Positions 26,680 through 38,600 of a stretch of DNA of 64,000 bases are shown here, piece after piece. The position numbers and the translations under genes were made by a program. Source of the DNA: Amphiscolops sp. MND2022 (Eukaryota). The stretch is taken from assembly GCA_964187785.1 (NCBI GenBank), contig OZ076409.1, positions 52,888,001 to 52,952,000 on the forward strand, given 5' to 3'. Position 1 is the first letter of the stretch. The number at the start of each line of letters is the position of its first letter. The notes beneath the pieces were generated by a model. That model had not been told where the DNA came from, made no database searches, and saw only the letters and a list, made by a program, of their open reading frames with translations.

Positions 26680-29600
26680 TCATGATTCGTCTTCAGGCTC
26701 GCGAGTTGGTGTCGTGATCTTAGGTCTGTCCGTCGTGCCCGGAGGTTTTGGGCTAGAAGGTGACTCACCCTCACCGGATACGGGGTGCTGATTTGGTCGA
26801 TGGTAAGAATCTACCAATCGCTTGAGTCGAGACAATTGTTCTCGCAATTCTGTTAGCTGCTCTGTTCTCTGAAGTCAAGGAATATTGTTTGGAACTGTCT
26901 ACAAATTAATAACATTTCAAAAATGCTAGAGTTCGTTGATGAAAGTCAAAGTGAAGTATTTCAAGTTCTATCAATTTCATCTCAAACTCGAAAATTTCGC
27001 TAATTCAGTAAAAATTCAGTTCATTGTTATAATATACAGTACTGTGATTAAGAAAACGTCCCCTGGGGCGACATTGGCTCAATTTTTTTTTCGAAATCTG
27101 TTGAGAACTTTGAAAAACATCAGAAATAAAAAGTTCTTAGAATTTCATCTAGTTTATGTTAGTGTTTTTTAAATTTTTCTGGGACAAAAATTGAGAAAGT
27201 TACAAATAGCTGATTTTGAGCAAATTTGGGACTTTTTTCCGTTTTTCCAATTTTTGACCGTTTTATCCACAGTTTTTTCGGCAAGTTTTATGCTCAAATA
27301 ACTCGCACAAATCTACTGAATCTATGGATATTTTTCGATTTCGAAAATTATCAACCGTTTTCGAAATATCATCCTCGAAAGGTAAAATTTCGTCGATTTA
27401 CATGTATTAAGATAGGAAATGAAAAGCTGCGATTATGTTTTCATTTAGAATGTTTTTGAAACAAAAAATATATCATTGCTTTCTATACAATCTGCAGGAT
27501 TCGATGAATTTAAAATGCTCAGAAATTTTTTTCAAAAACCTGCCCAAAACTGGGAAAATAGCAGAAGTGTTCTTTCTGCGCCGGAGATTTCACTTGATGC
27601 GCCAATCAGAATTAAAATAGAGATCAAATACGCAATTCTAATTGGTTGATAACGACACTCAGCGTATAAAGGGACAATTTCTTAATCACAGTACTGTATG
27701 TACTTGTTAGGAAACGCAGTAATCTAATATTTGCCATGAGCAAATTTCAAGAGCTGTAGTAAAGCTTTTCATGCTCCAAAAGAAATAAGTTGAAACAAAA
27801 AATTGCTTTAAAAATTTTTAGGCTTATTTAAACGGGTGACTTTAGAAAATTCTAGAAAATCTCACACTGCGGTACTTGTCCGAAAAGGGCCTTTATGCTC
27901 GATAAATGCGTTGTCTTACTCTGAAATATATAAAAAAGAACGTCTAAAGTCGGCGCTATACCTAAGGCTGAAAAAGCGCAAAGTTTTTAAAATATGCTCA
28001 AGACGTTTCTCATTAAAAATATGACAAAAAAGTTTCGAATTTTGAACCAGTCTCATGGTACCGAAAAACGCTAAAGAGGGGATCTTTGGGTTTTTTAATT
28101 ATCCATTGGTTGCAGAGAATCAAAATAAAAGGGGATTCTTCGGCGATATCGAAAATTTCGGAAAAAAGTCTCACAATGCCAAAAAAACAGTAAATCAAAC
28201 TTTCTGAGTTGTCTAGTAACGAAAAAAAGCTTTAAAAACTATGGCACATTTTGGAAGCACAAGCGATTGCTTTCTAGTAAAGTAGGCAGGCCTATAGAAA
28301 TTCTGTAAAAAGTGACCTTTAAGGTCTGTGGTCTGGAGAAAGAAAAGGTCACTGTAAAAGTTGGGCATTTTTTGCTTCACAAAAAGCGCCGACTAAAAGC
28401 ACAAAATAATGAAAAAAATGAAAATCAATTTCTAGAAACAAAAACCACCCAGTGCCAAAAAACTTAGCAAGCGTTTTAAAATTTCTAGAACAGGGCTAGT
28501 CACTGTAATACTCGCGTCATTTTTTTTCGGAAAGCGTCGACTAAAAAAGTATCATACTCACAGTTTTGGTTTCGTCTGTAAGACGGGTATCGCTAGATGT
28601 TTCCAGGGCTGTGAATGCGTCTCCTATTCTCTTGCACTCAGCAAGCGCCAAGTCCAGGTCATCTCTCTGGTGGTTCAAGTTTTCTTCTAGTTGGTCCACT
28701 GAAAACCTACTCGCCATGTTTCTCATTTTCTCATTCACGTCGTTTCGAAGATTTTCGATCTCGTTTATGCTGAAATCGAATCACTTATGATACAAACTGG
28801 TGCTCTTTGATTTCAAAAGTAGGTTTCGGACGTCATGCCATTCCATGATAGATAAAATCAAAATGAGTCTATGAAACTGAAATGATTATTTGAGGCTATA
28901 GAGGCCATATAATCTTGCCTACCACTGAAAGTACTATGTCGTGACTACTTATTAATTTGATTGATTTCTCATCAATGCTAACAAGTGATTCTCAACCGAA
29001 AGAATTGAAGAATCGCGAAAATAATTTTTTTTTGGCGAGAAAACGTTTTTGCAAAACAGTTCGAAAAAAGTGAAAAAATGACACTTTCTAGCTCATCTTA
29101 TCCTTTTTGAAAAATTTCACGGAACACGAGTATGCTAAAAACTAATTAATTTGTAGTTGAACAAAGTGGAACTTATACCCACCAAAACGTCCAAAAATGT
29201 AAACCAATTGCAAAAAACTGTCAATAGAAGACGAAAGTTCAATTCCATTACCATTATTATGCGGGGTTGAAGCCGAATGAGCAGTTCTTTTATAAAAACA
29301 GCTCCAAGCAATGATTTCGAAGTTACTTATTCGCAACTCCTCACCGTTGCTGCTGTTTCCATTTTCATTTTCTCTGTTAAATGCATTTTTTCTCATGGCA
29401 ATACCACTCAGTTATGAGTGAAAAACTTTCTCGAAACCCCGGTAATTGTGAGTTGAGGGAGATTTGACAGTATCCTACAGCGCTAATCACTACACAATGC
29501 CCAAAATCTAGAAGGTTGTACACTTTTTGTTTTAAAAAAAATTTCGATATGCTTGACAGTCCAAGTCTTTTCAACTATTTGGATTCTACCGACGAAAAAC

Positions 29601-32600
29601 AACCAAATTTCGTACAAAAACTGCAAAAACGTTCGAAACTGCAAAAATGATCAATTCTTTAAAGCTTTTTCGAAAAATTTCTATTTCATTTTCAAAGAGT
29701 ATGCGTTACCTTCTGGTGCACCCATTTCTTTGATTTAAAAACACTGTTTCTCCATAACAGTATGCTTAGTAGCCAAACTTTCGTTGAACACTGTCAACAT
29801 TCAAAGGTGCAAATACTTCCATAATTTGGGTGTAAAACTGGAATATGGCAAACTTTGGAGAAACAAGCCGGAAACGGCATAAGTCGGCGCCCCGTTTGAA
29901 GCTCAAAAAGATCAAAAGTACTTCAAAGCGCCAGGGACTCTCTTTCGAATAAATTCTCAATTTCACAGTACCGAAATAACCCAAAGGGAGACCTTTTCGA
30001 AGGGGAGGGCACGTTATTTTCGAGCATCCGCCTCTAGAGCTTCCTTAGCAAAACGCAATTTACTTCTCACATAACAAAAATTTGGATATTATAGCGTGCT
30101 GTCCCAAATGGGAGAGCTTTTTTCGAACCCCGCCGCCACCGTTGTAAAACTTTTGTAGAAATAGCTCGGTGAGAACGTGTGGAGTGAAAAAATAACGTCT
30201 AAAAGCCACTATAATAAATGTTTTGTATCATCAGGCACCGCCCTAGTTGAGACTGCAGGAACTTTTTACATGCTGCAGGCCTGCATGCAGGGTAATTGTT
30301 TACAAAACCTAGAAAATTCAGGGTAATTCAGGTGGTAAATCTTGTAGAATTACACTGCATTTTCCACTACTGCAATTAAATTTGAAAATAGATACAACAT
30401 CATCACCGACACGACCTTATTGTATTTACAATTTGCTTTCTCAACTACTCATCTGATGTGATCACCGCGTCTCAAATAGGACGCTAAACATGACGGTATA
30501 TTGCAGTTTATTAGGTGACTGAAGTAATTTTGCATTAAAATGGCTGTTAAACTGAGAGCAATTTATTTGCTTTTAAAATAGAACTGCTTCTTAATGAAAC
30601 CTGCAAAACTTCAAGGCGTAAAATTGCCGCCAAAACTTTGATGAATCTTTCAAGCAGCTTGATAAAAGTCGAATACAATAGGTAAATATTTTCTCATTAA
30701 AGTTTCCGTAAGAGTTTTAGAAAATCATAATAAAAGTTGCTGGCAACATTAAAGTACATGCAAAAAGTTCAAGAAGTTTCAACAAGGGCGACTACAAAAC
30801 GCGGCTCAGTTTGTAAATTTTTCCCATATAGAATTATGCGCGGAAAATTACAATTGGATGATTTCCTAAAGTTGCTTGAATTATACATCCGATGAAATAT
30901 TCTATAGTTTTTCTGGAAATTTGACAAAGAATAACTGAAACCAAATCTCAAACCCGGGTCGAAATAACATCATATTCAATCTACAGCTAGTAAACGTTTT
31001 ACGTTGTTCAATATATCTGCTTTGTCATGTATTCAGAAAAAATACAGGAAAATGGACACCAGAAACTAGTCAAGCGCAGCACTCCAATCGAAGAGGGGAT
31101 ACATAATAGGGATTTCACAACCATGCATAATTGGGAAAAGTGGTTCAAAATGAAGCATGACGAAATATATGCAACATGCATGTAATTTAAAATATGTAAA
31201 TTTACAAAAAAGATGCTGTAAATTTACAAATGAGATGCTGTAAAATGAACCGGAAATACTTCTTACTTGTTTATAATGACTGGTGCAGGGCTAAACATGA
31301 GAAAGATTACGGAATTGAAAGTGAAGCTTTTGATTAATCGCCAGGCACATAAAGTGTCCAAACATTTTGAGAACACTAACCGAGTTTCCTGTTCCTTGTC
31401 ATGTCTTGAATTGGACTCCAATCTGTGATTGCCAACTTGCGCTTGCAGTTCGGTGACCTGAAGCAGGGAAAGCAGGGATTTTTACCACTTGCCCGTTATA
31501 TCCATCAAAATTTATCGTCAGAGCTCGGGCAAAAACACGGTCTTTAAGTAAACAAACTACTACTAAGACTCTCAAAATATTGGGAAAATAACTGTCCTTA
31601 TGCTTTTTTTAAAATAGAAAACCAACCTCAGTTTAAAATCCTATTGCAGGATCTAAGTTTTAAGCAAGTATAACTTTGAAATTATTCTCCTCTGGTAAAA
31701 TATGCAAGTGAGGTTTCTCCAATGTGACTTCTTTCTCCAAATAATCCGAGACAATTTTACCTGGCTATTGATTTTTCTGTAACCGTGTCAGGTTACGTAT
31801 GTTATACGGTTCATCCGTCAATCATCAAGAAACTGGTAAAGTAACCTTTACCGAACTCCGGTCGTAGACATACCTACCTAATGTTTACAAACAGTAGATA
31901 TATACTGAAACATTTCATTTATGTTATTTGGTACGAAAAGTACACTTGAGTACAGTAAAGAGATACTTTTAGAAAACTGTGTTCTTTTCCTAGTAACAAC
32001 CAGAGATACAGCTTGGCGCAGTAAGCAAGATTTAAAAAAAACAAACCGAAAATTTTTTACCGGAACCATGGCAGAAAAGAACACCGTACCGAACCTAGAA
32101 GCAAAGGCATCGGACGGAAACCAAATATTTACCCCAAGACAATGGCTGGAGAGATTCCGGCAGTTTACTAAACGAGAACACAAAATCGATATCACTCCGC
32201 TGATAAAGGGAGAAGATACCACAGAGGCCGGATGGACCGCCGAAAAAGAAACAAACATCCAAGAAGACTTCATCTGGGGAGTGGGACCGGAAGCACTATA
32301 TCAAATAACCCGGGTCGAGTATAAAACGGAACCGGACAGTATCAAAATCAAAGATCTAATCCGGTTGTACACCGAACATTACCTCCCGAAACGCAATACA
32401 TACCATAATAGAGGGGACTTCTTTTGGGCAAAACAATCGGAAAACGAGACACCTGAAGAATTTTGGAGAAGACTTATCGAGATAGAAAAAGAATGCAACT
32501 TCGGCAGTATATCAGCCGAAGAATTGCTAATATCCAAATACATGACGGCAATAACAGACAAGAAACTACGGGACAAACTAATGAAAGAGAAAACATTAGA

Positions 32601-35600
32601 GATGAAGAAAACGATCGAAATGATCAAACAAAATACCTACGAAAAGAAAAACAAGAAAAACACAATACCAGAAGCCTTGATTACAGCAAAAGAAAAACAA
32701 ATAATCAAAGAGGAACCGATACAAAGGATGGAAAAATACGGTACCAGGCCGAAAACAAGAATAACAGGAACCCGACTGTTACGACTATTTACCGGTGTTG
32801 TTTTAGATTTAGTCGCAGTGTGAATTTTGACGGGGGTAGACGTTCTTGCTACGGAGACATTCTCTGGTTCAGAGTCCGAGTCTTGAGCATTCATGTAGAC
32901 AGTCTGTTTTTTGTTTAAGGGCGCTATCAGTTTTAACATTTCCTTCTGGTTTTCCGCAAGTATTTTGGTGAGATCAGACATAATCTCTTTTCTTAATGAT
33001 GTTTTTATCTCAGCCAAGTTTTCTGGTTCTATCCTAGGGATCTTGCTAGAACTAGCTACAAGAGTTTCAGGCGGAAAGTTTTCGGTTATGGAGGTTTCAA
33101 AATCGCCAGAGACCAATTCTGCTACAGCCTTCCTTTTCTGACTTCTAGTTGTCATTTTGATTCAGAGGGAGGGAGAGAGTATCTTTGGAAAGGTTAAATT
33201 CTTCAAAGATTCGTTTTCGTTATAATAACGGAACTGAACTGATTGTTATAAGTCAAGTTGGAAAATTAACTGATTCACATGTATGTATTACATATTTATA
33301 CCTTCTCAGCATCATTTGTTCCTCACCTAAAAATTCCTAGGTATCACAAAAATCGGGTTTGTTCAACAAAAAGCGCTAATGATTCATATTATTTCAGTCC
33401 TGCGTCATAATATCAGGCATCAAAATTCCTAGTTACGTCAGCGTTCCGTAAAATTTGTTGAAGTCATTTTTGTTCAGGCGGTTCATTTCCTGTTTGTGCT
33501 TCAAAATTGCGGTAAAATAGAAGTCTAGTTTTCATTTTCATCGACGCAAGCACGCCGGCGTGATCAATTAGTCAGATTCCTAACTTGGAAGTTGAAATTC
33601 GAAGTAAAAGAATGACACTCAAAAAAATAGCAACGGAACTGTGACGGAATGTGAATATTTTATGGCCAAAGATACTTGGAAAACCAAAATGAAGAACAAA
33701 GTGATGCTGAGAAGTCTTTAGGAAACGAATAGCTTGTGTAAACGCAAATTGTTACGAACTTTACATGTATTGGGAACTCAAAACAGAACATTTGATTTTA
33801 GCATCAAGTAAATGCCACGGAAACAGTCCTTTTATCAAGACTTGTTTAGCAACTAACACACTGAGTATTCAGACTTACTGGTCTAAGAAGGCGTATAAAA
33901 ATACATCATAGCACTCAGAAGCAGATTGAGCAAAGGTAGAAAAGGAATAGGAGAGGTTATTGGAATGATTATCACTGCATCATATCAAAATTGGTACAAA
34001 TTTCAAAACAACACGAACATTACGTTCATTTCATAATCCTATCTTACAGTACAACTATTCTTTACGTAAGCTTAATCTTAAGATTCCCTAAGGTGTATAA
34101 ATTCAGAAAAGTTCTTCCAAAAGATTCATTCATTACGAAGTTTCCTAGTTGCAATTTCTTAAGTTGCTCCGTAAATGCTCCGTACGTGTTATGGTTACTT
34201 ATGGTAGAGCGGTGGAATACAATTTTAAAATCCGCTCCGTAAGTGCTCCGTACGTATTAAGATTGCTTATAGCTGAGCAGCAGTAGCAAGCGGAGTGGAA
34301 ACGGAGAGCGTAGGCGAATTCATTCTCTTCGCTTAGCTAGCAAGCGTTGCTAGGGGCAACCAAGCTTAATTCTACTGGTACCGGCTCGGATAATTCTGCC
34401 AACAAGCGACGCTATTGGTCCGTAAAAAAAGAAACGCCCGTCACCAGCTTAGTTGAGTGACGCTGTCATAACGTTGTAAACATTTACTTAAGATCACTTG
34501 ACTGCGGTATTAAGTAGATATTTAACAACTACTTTAATATTGGAATACATTTCCACTCTATTTTTGTATGTTCTTCCATTTTAGATCTCATGGGCTCCGT
34601 TGGGATCTCGGAGTTGAATGTTGTTTCTGTGTTTCATTTTAGTGTGGGGCGCCAAAATGATCCCGTTTGCAAAATTATTTAGTATTTAGATTGGAATGGA
34701 AAACTCAGAAGATAAAACCGGAAATAAAACGGCGTTGCGTGTGAAAACATTAGGCCGGAAGTTTTAGCTAGTTTAAAATCATTTCTGAAAATCTTCCGTA
34801 ACGTTTACGTTGAATTCCGTATTTGGAGAATTATTCGCGCTTATTTAATTGTACTGTAAGTAGAATTTTGATTTGATTAGTTTAATAAAGTTTAAAAGTA
34901 TTTACTGTGCCCTTGTCCATGTCCTCTGCCGAATCCCGGTATTCAATAGCAGCAAGTAAAATTACGACCGGGAGCGGGTCGTGACAGGGCCCCTCTTGAT
35001 GAGAGTGACAGGGGTAGAGCGTGGCAGTGCGGGATTTCTTTATTGTCACGGGGGGACGACCATTGTACCTTCTTGATTGGAGGGGGCCACGACCTCTTCC
35101 CGCCTTCATGTCTCTAATTTTCCTCTCTTCTTCGTCTAGTTCACGGGCTTCCTTCTCCAATCGTTCCACTTCCTCCGGACAGCATTCGGGGGGTCTAATT
35201 ATGATATTAGGGCGCAGATTTTCTTTTGCGTGTAGCCCGCGTCCACGGCCTAAGGATGCGAGGTAATTTCTGTCCTCCAAATCTAGGCTGTACAGGGCTT
35301 CCAATTCCGCTAGAGAAGGCTCATCAGGTCATTTAATTTTCCCGAGTTCGGCATTCTTTCATTCCCCATAACAGGGATATTTTCCGTTCTTTTTAGAGCA
35401 GGGGTACGCTTTATTGGGGGGGGGGTAAGCGCTGCGGTGAGTCTGGCTCTTCATAATAGTCCGTGTCAGAGTCGGCTGGCGGCAGATCGAACGTGACTTT
35501 TCCGGTTCTCCTTTTCTTTTTGGGTGTCGGTGCCGTTTCGGGCGACTCGGAGGTGGAAACCATTTGTGCATCGCTTCCGCGATAAACTTCGACGGAAGAA

Positions 35601-38600
35601 TCGCTCAAGTATCCTACCATATTGAGAGGCAGCGTTTTTATCGGTGTACTGGTCTTATTGGCTTCTTCATCTGACGAGATGTCGATAACTAGCGAATAGT
35701 TATTCATTTTAGTAGGAGAGAATACTGAGTACTATTTCGGAAAGGTTGCAGGTAGTTTGTTAGTGAGGATTTCTTGTAACGCTTCAGAAAATTGAGAAAA
35801 TTTTAAGCTGGTCAAGCTTCTGCTGAAATTGGACGACAAGTGAACGTTTTAAATTATTTCCTTTCGGAAATTTCATCGAACTTCTATTGGTCGATTTTCC
35901 GTTTTCGTTCCGGTTCGTCACGAGTTAAAGGAAACGAGTTCTTTCTTGCTGCGTTATGATTGGTCGAAATACTTGAGGGAAACTTCTAATTTTAGTTTCC
36001 GTCCTCTTTTCGGTTAATGGCGTAATGACGTCACAGAATTACATCTGTAGTCCGTGATCTTTTAATAATTTCCCAAGTTCTTCTTGACATTTCTTGGTGG
36101 ATTTTTATCCACTGTAAGGTCTTTGGAAACGTTTTGTTCCGTCTATGCCATAATAGGCTTTTATTGGAGTTGAAGATAGGGTGATTTTCATTTATGTAGG
36201 AATGATGTTATTAATTTCCTCCCAATTAGTTGCGTTTACGTAACGTAATTCTTCTTCTTTGTGATTTTCGTTCTTTTTTTTTAAATTGCTGTGGGCATCT
36301 TTGCTGTCGTTTCTTTCTATGGATGACGAAACTGCTCCGCTCCAAGGCACCGTCACCGGATTTGTCAGTGGCAATGAAACCAATTTTTGTTATACTGACG
36401 ATGACGTGATCTTTTCGGAGGTGGAGGCAGTGGTTACTTCTTCAGGTTGGTAAAATCTTTCTGACTTTCATGGGTAATTGGACTGTTGTTTTGGTGATCA
36501 GCCTTTTCAGTCTTACCCGAATACCTGACGCGTCAAACCAGATCTTGATTTTCAGTAACTCAACCTGGCGCTTCAACTGCGGTTGTTTCCGTAGCCACTG
36601 CGGGAGTTCTTTCGACAGAGGCTACTGTTCTGCCATCAGTTTCTACTATCTTGTCTTCTAAGCCTTCTAGTGCTGTTAACGAAATGTTAACCACTGTATT
36701 GACTAGCGCTGAGCCCGACGATTCATTTCCAGTCGACTCTTCTCCTGTCATTGTTGGTCCGAGTACGCGAGTTGTTGCTGCAAGTAGCGATAGTGAGTCT
36801 CAAGAAGGTGAGACAGATCCCCCGCCAATAGAAAAACCCGTTGATAGATTCGTTTTTGATGGTATATTTCTGGTATGTGGGCGGGGTGTACGAAAATTAT
36901 TTTTGTTGTTGTAGATATGAGGGATGCTGAGACGTATGGACCTTCCAACATTTGTGTGACGCCATCGAAACGGGCAAAGAAGGTTGTTATCGCTCCGCCA
37001 TCGCCTCCTCCCTTGGTGCATGCTTCTACTGGTTGGCAAAGTTAGTTCTAATATTGTTTTTATCTTTCGTTTCATTCTTTGAATTGGGGAGAGTGTTAGT
37101 TGCCCATTGGTTTGGTTTGTTTGGGGATGTCCTATTTTTTGGTACTCGTTTTCATTGGGTGTTGATGTTGTGTAGGTCACGATGATGATCAGTTGTATGG
37201 TGTCGGCGGTGTGACGTTGAGTCCCCAGGATGTGATGCGATTGGGTCAGCAACTTGTGGAAGAGGTGACGGAAAGTGCTACGCTGGTTATTCAAAACGGT
37301 TAGCGTTTGCGTTTTCCCTGTAATTCGGGTATTACTTTGTTGTTTGGTGAGGGTTTTCGTTCATTTTCAGTGTAGTGTGTATAATCTTTATCCCCTTCGT
37401 GTCTTGTTTGTAGAGTTGTAACAGTTCAGTGGGAAGGTAGAAAAACGTCTGGCCAAGCGGACAGTGAAGACATACGGGAATCGCAACACGTTGCATCGTC
37501 GTATGTTGAGTCGACATCCTGCTTTTCCTGATTTCGTGACAGGCTCCACGACTGGTGAGGGAACTCACTTCCACTGTCGGGTATGCAAGCGTGATGTGGC
37601 CATGAAAGCTCAGGGCTCTGGAGAGTTTAGCAGACATTTCCGTTCTGATGCTCACTGGTTTAAGGACGTTACTTATCGCGTCCATATGGGTCTTCAGGTG
37701 CTCAACAGGTTGATGGAGCCGATGGAACTGTCAGCAAGTCAACTGGCAGACTATAAGTCTCGACCATTTTGTGATCTGAGCGGGGAGTATCCGTTCCCTG
37801 AAGATCTATTGCCCAAGCATTCAAAAGCGGAGTCAAACGTGCCCTACATGACCTTGGTTTCTTGTTTTTGCAAATTCTTGCGGAATGGTTGTGATCTTGA
37901 TTATCTTCGTCGTCTGTGGGGCCACTTCCGAGCAACATTGGGCGACCGAGAACCTTGCTTTCCTTTACGATGGAGCCGTTCGGAGACCGTGGTGAGTTGG
38001 TTTGGGTATTGTTATTGTTTATTTCCGTCATGTATCCGGGTGAGAGAAAACAGAAAGGGATGGGGGAATGTCTGTTGTAGTTGTTTTGAAAGTAGGGTCT
38101 CGTTTGTGTTTTAGTCATTCCTTTGTCGGGGGCTGGCTCCGCGAGTTCTTCGTCTGATGTTGAGTGACGTCAAATCTTTTAAAGAGTACGGGATGCAGTT
38201 TGAGAAGTCTGGGTGCATAGAACGTTGCTATGTTCTTTGTTAGGATGGATTGAATTTAAAGAAGATTTGTGTGGGAGATCAGTCCTTGGATCAAAAAATG
38301 CCCGAACCCGAGTTGCTCCCATTGGCACGTGTAGCGAGCTGCCTAGAGGGACAGCAATTACCGGTGTCAGTTCTTGGCGCTAGCCCTTCCCTCATTCGCA
38401 TGTTAGACGCGAACAGGACGGATGATCGGCGGTTTCTGTCATGGCAGTCGTTTGATGAGGAGGTGTTTCTCCATTGTTTCCGTCAGTCTCATCAGGACAT
38501 TTTTGGAATGATTGAAGTGACGACTGCATTGGAGTATGTGATTCATCGATTGAAAGGGGCTTTGTATGAGGATTGGACAGAAGACAGGCCTCTTCTTCGA

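Noticed and set aside
31921..33155. ORFs 31921..32823 and 32637..33155 as standalone genes
   Set aside because: They are junction chimeras of D gag and the B LTR.
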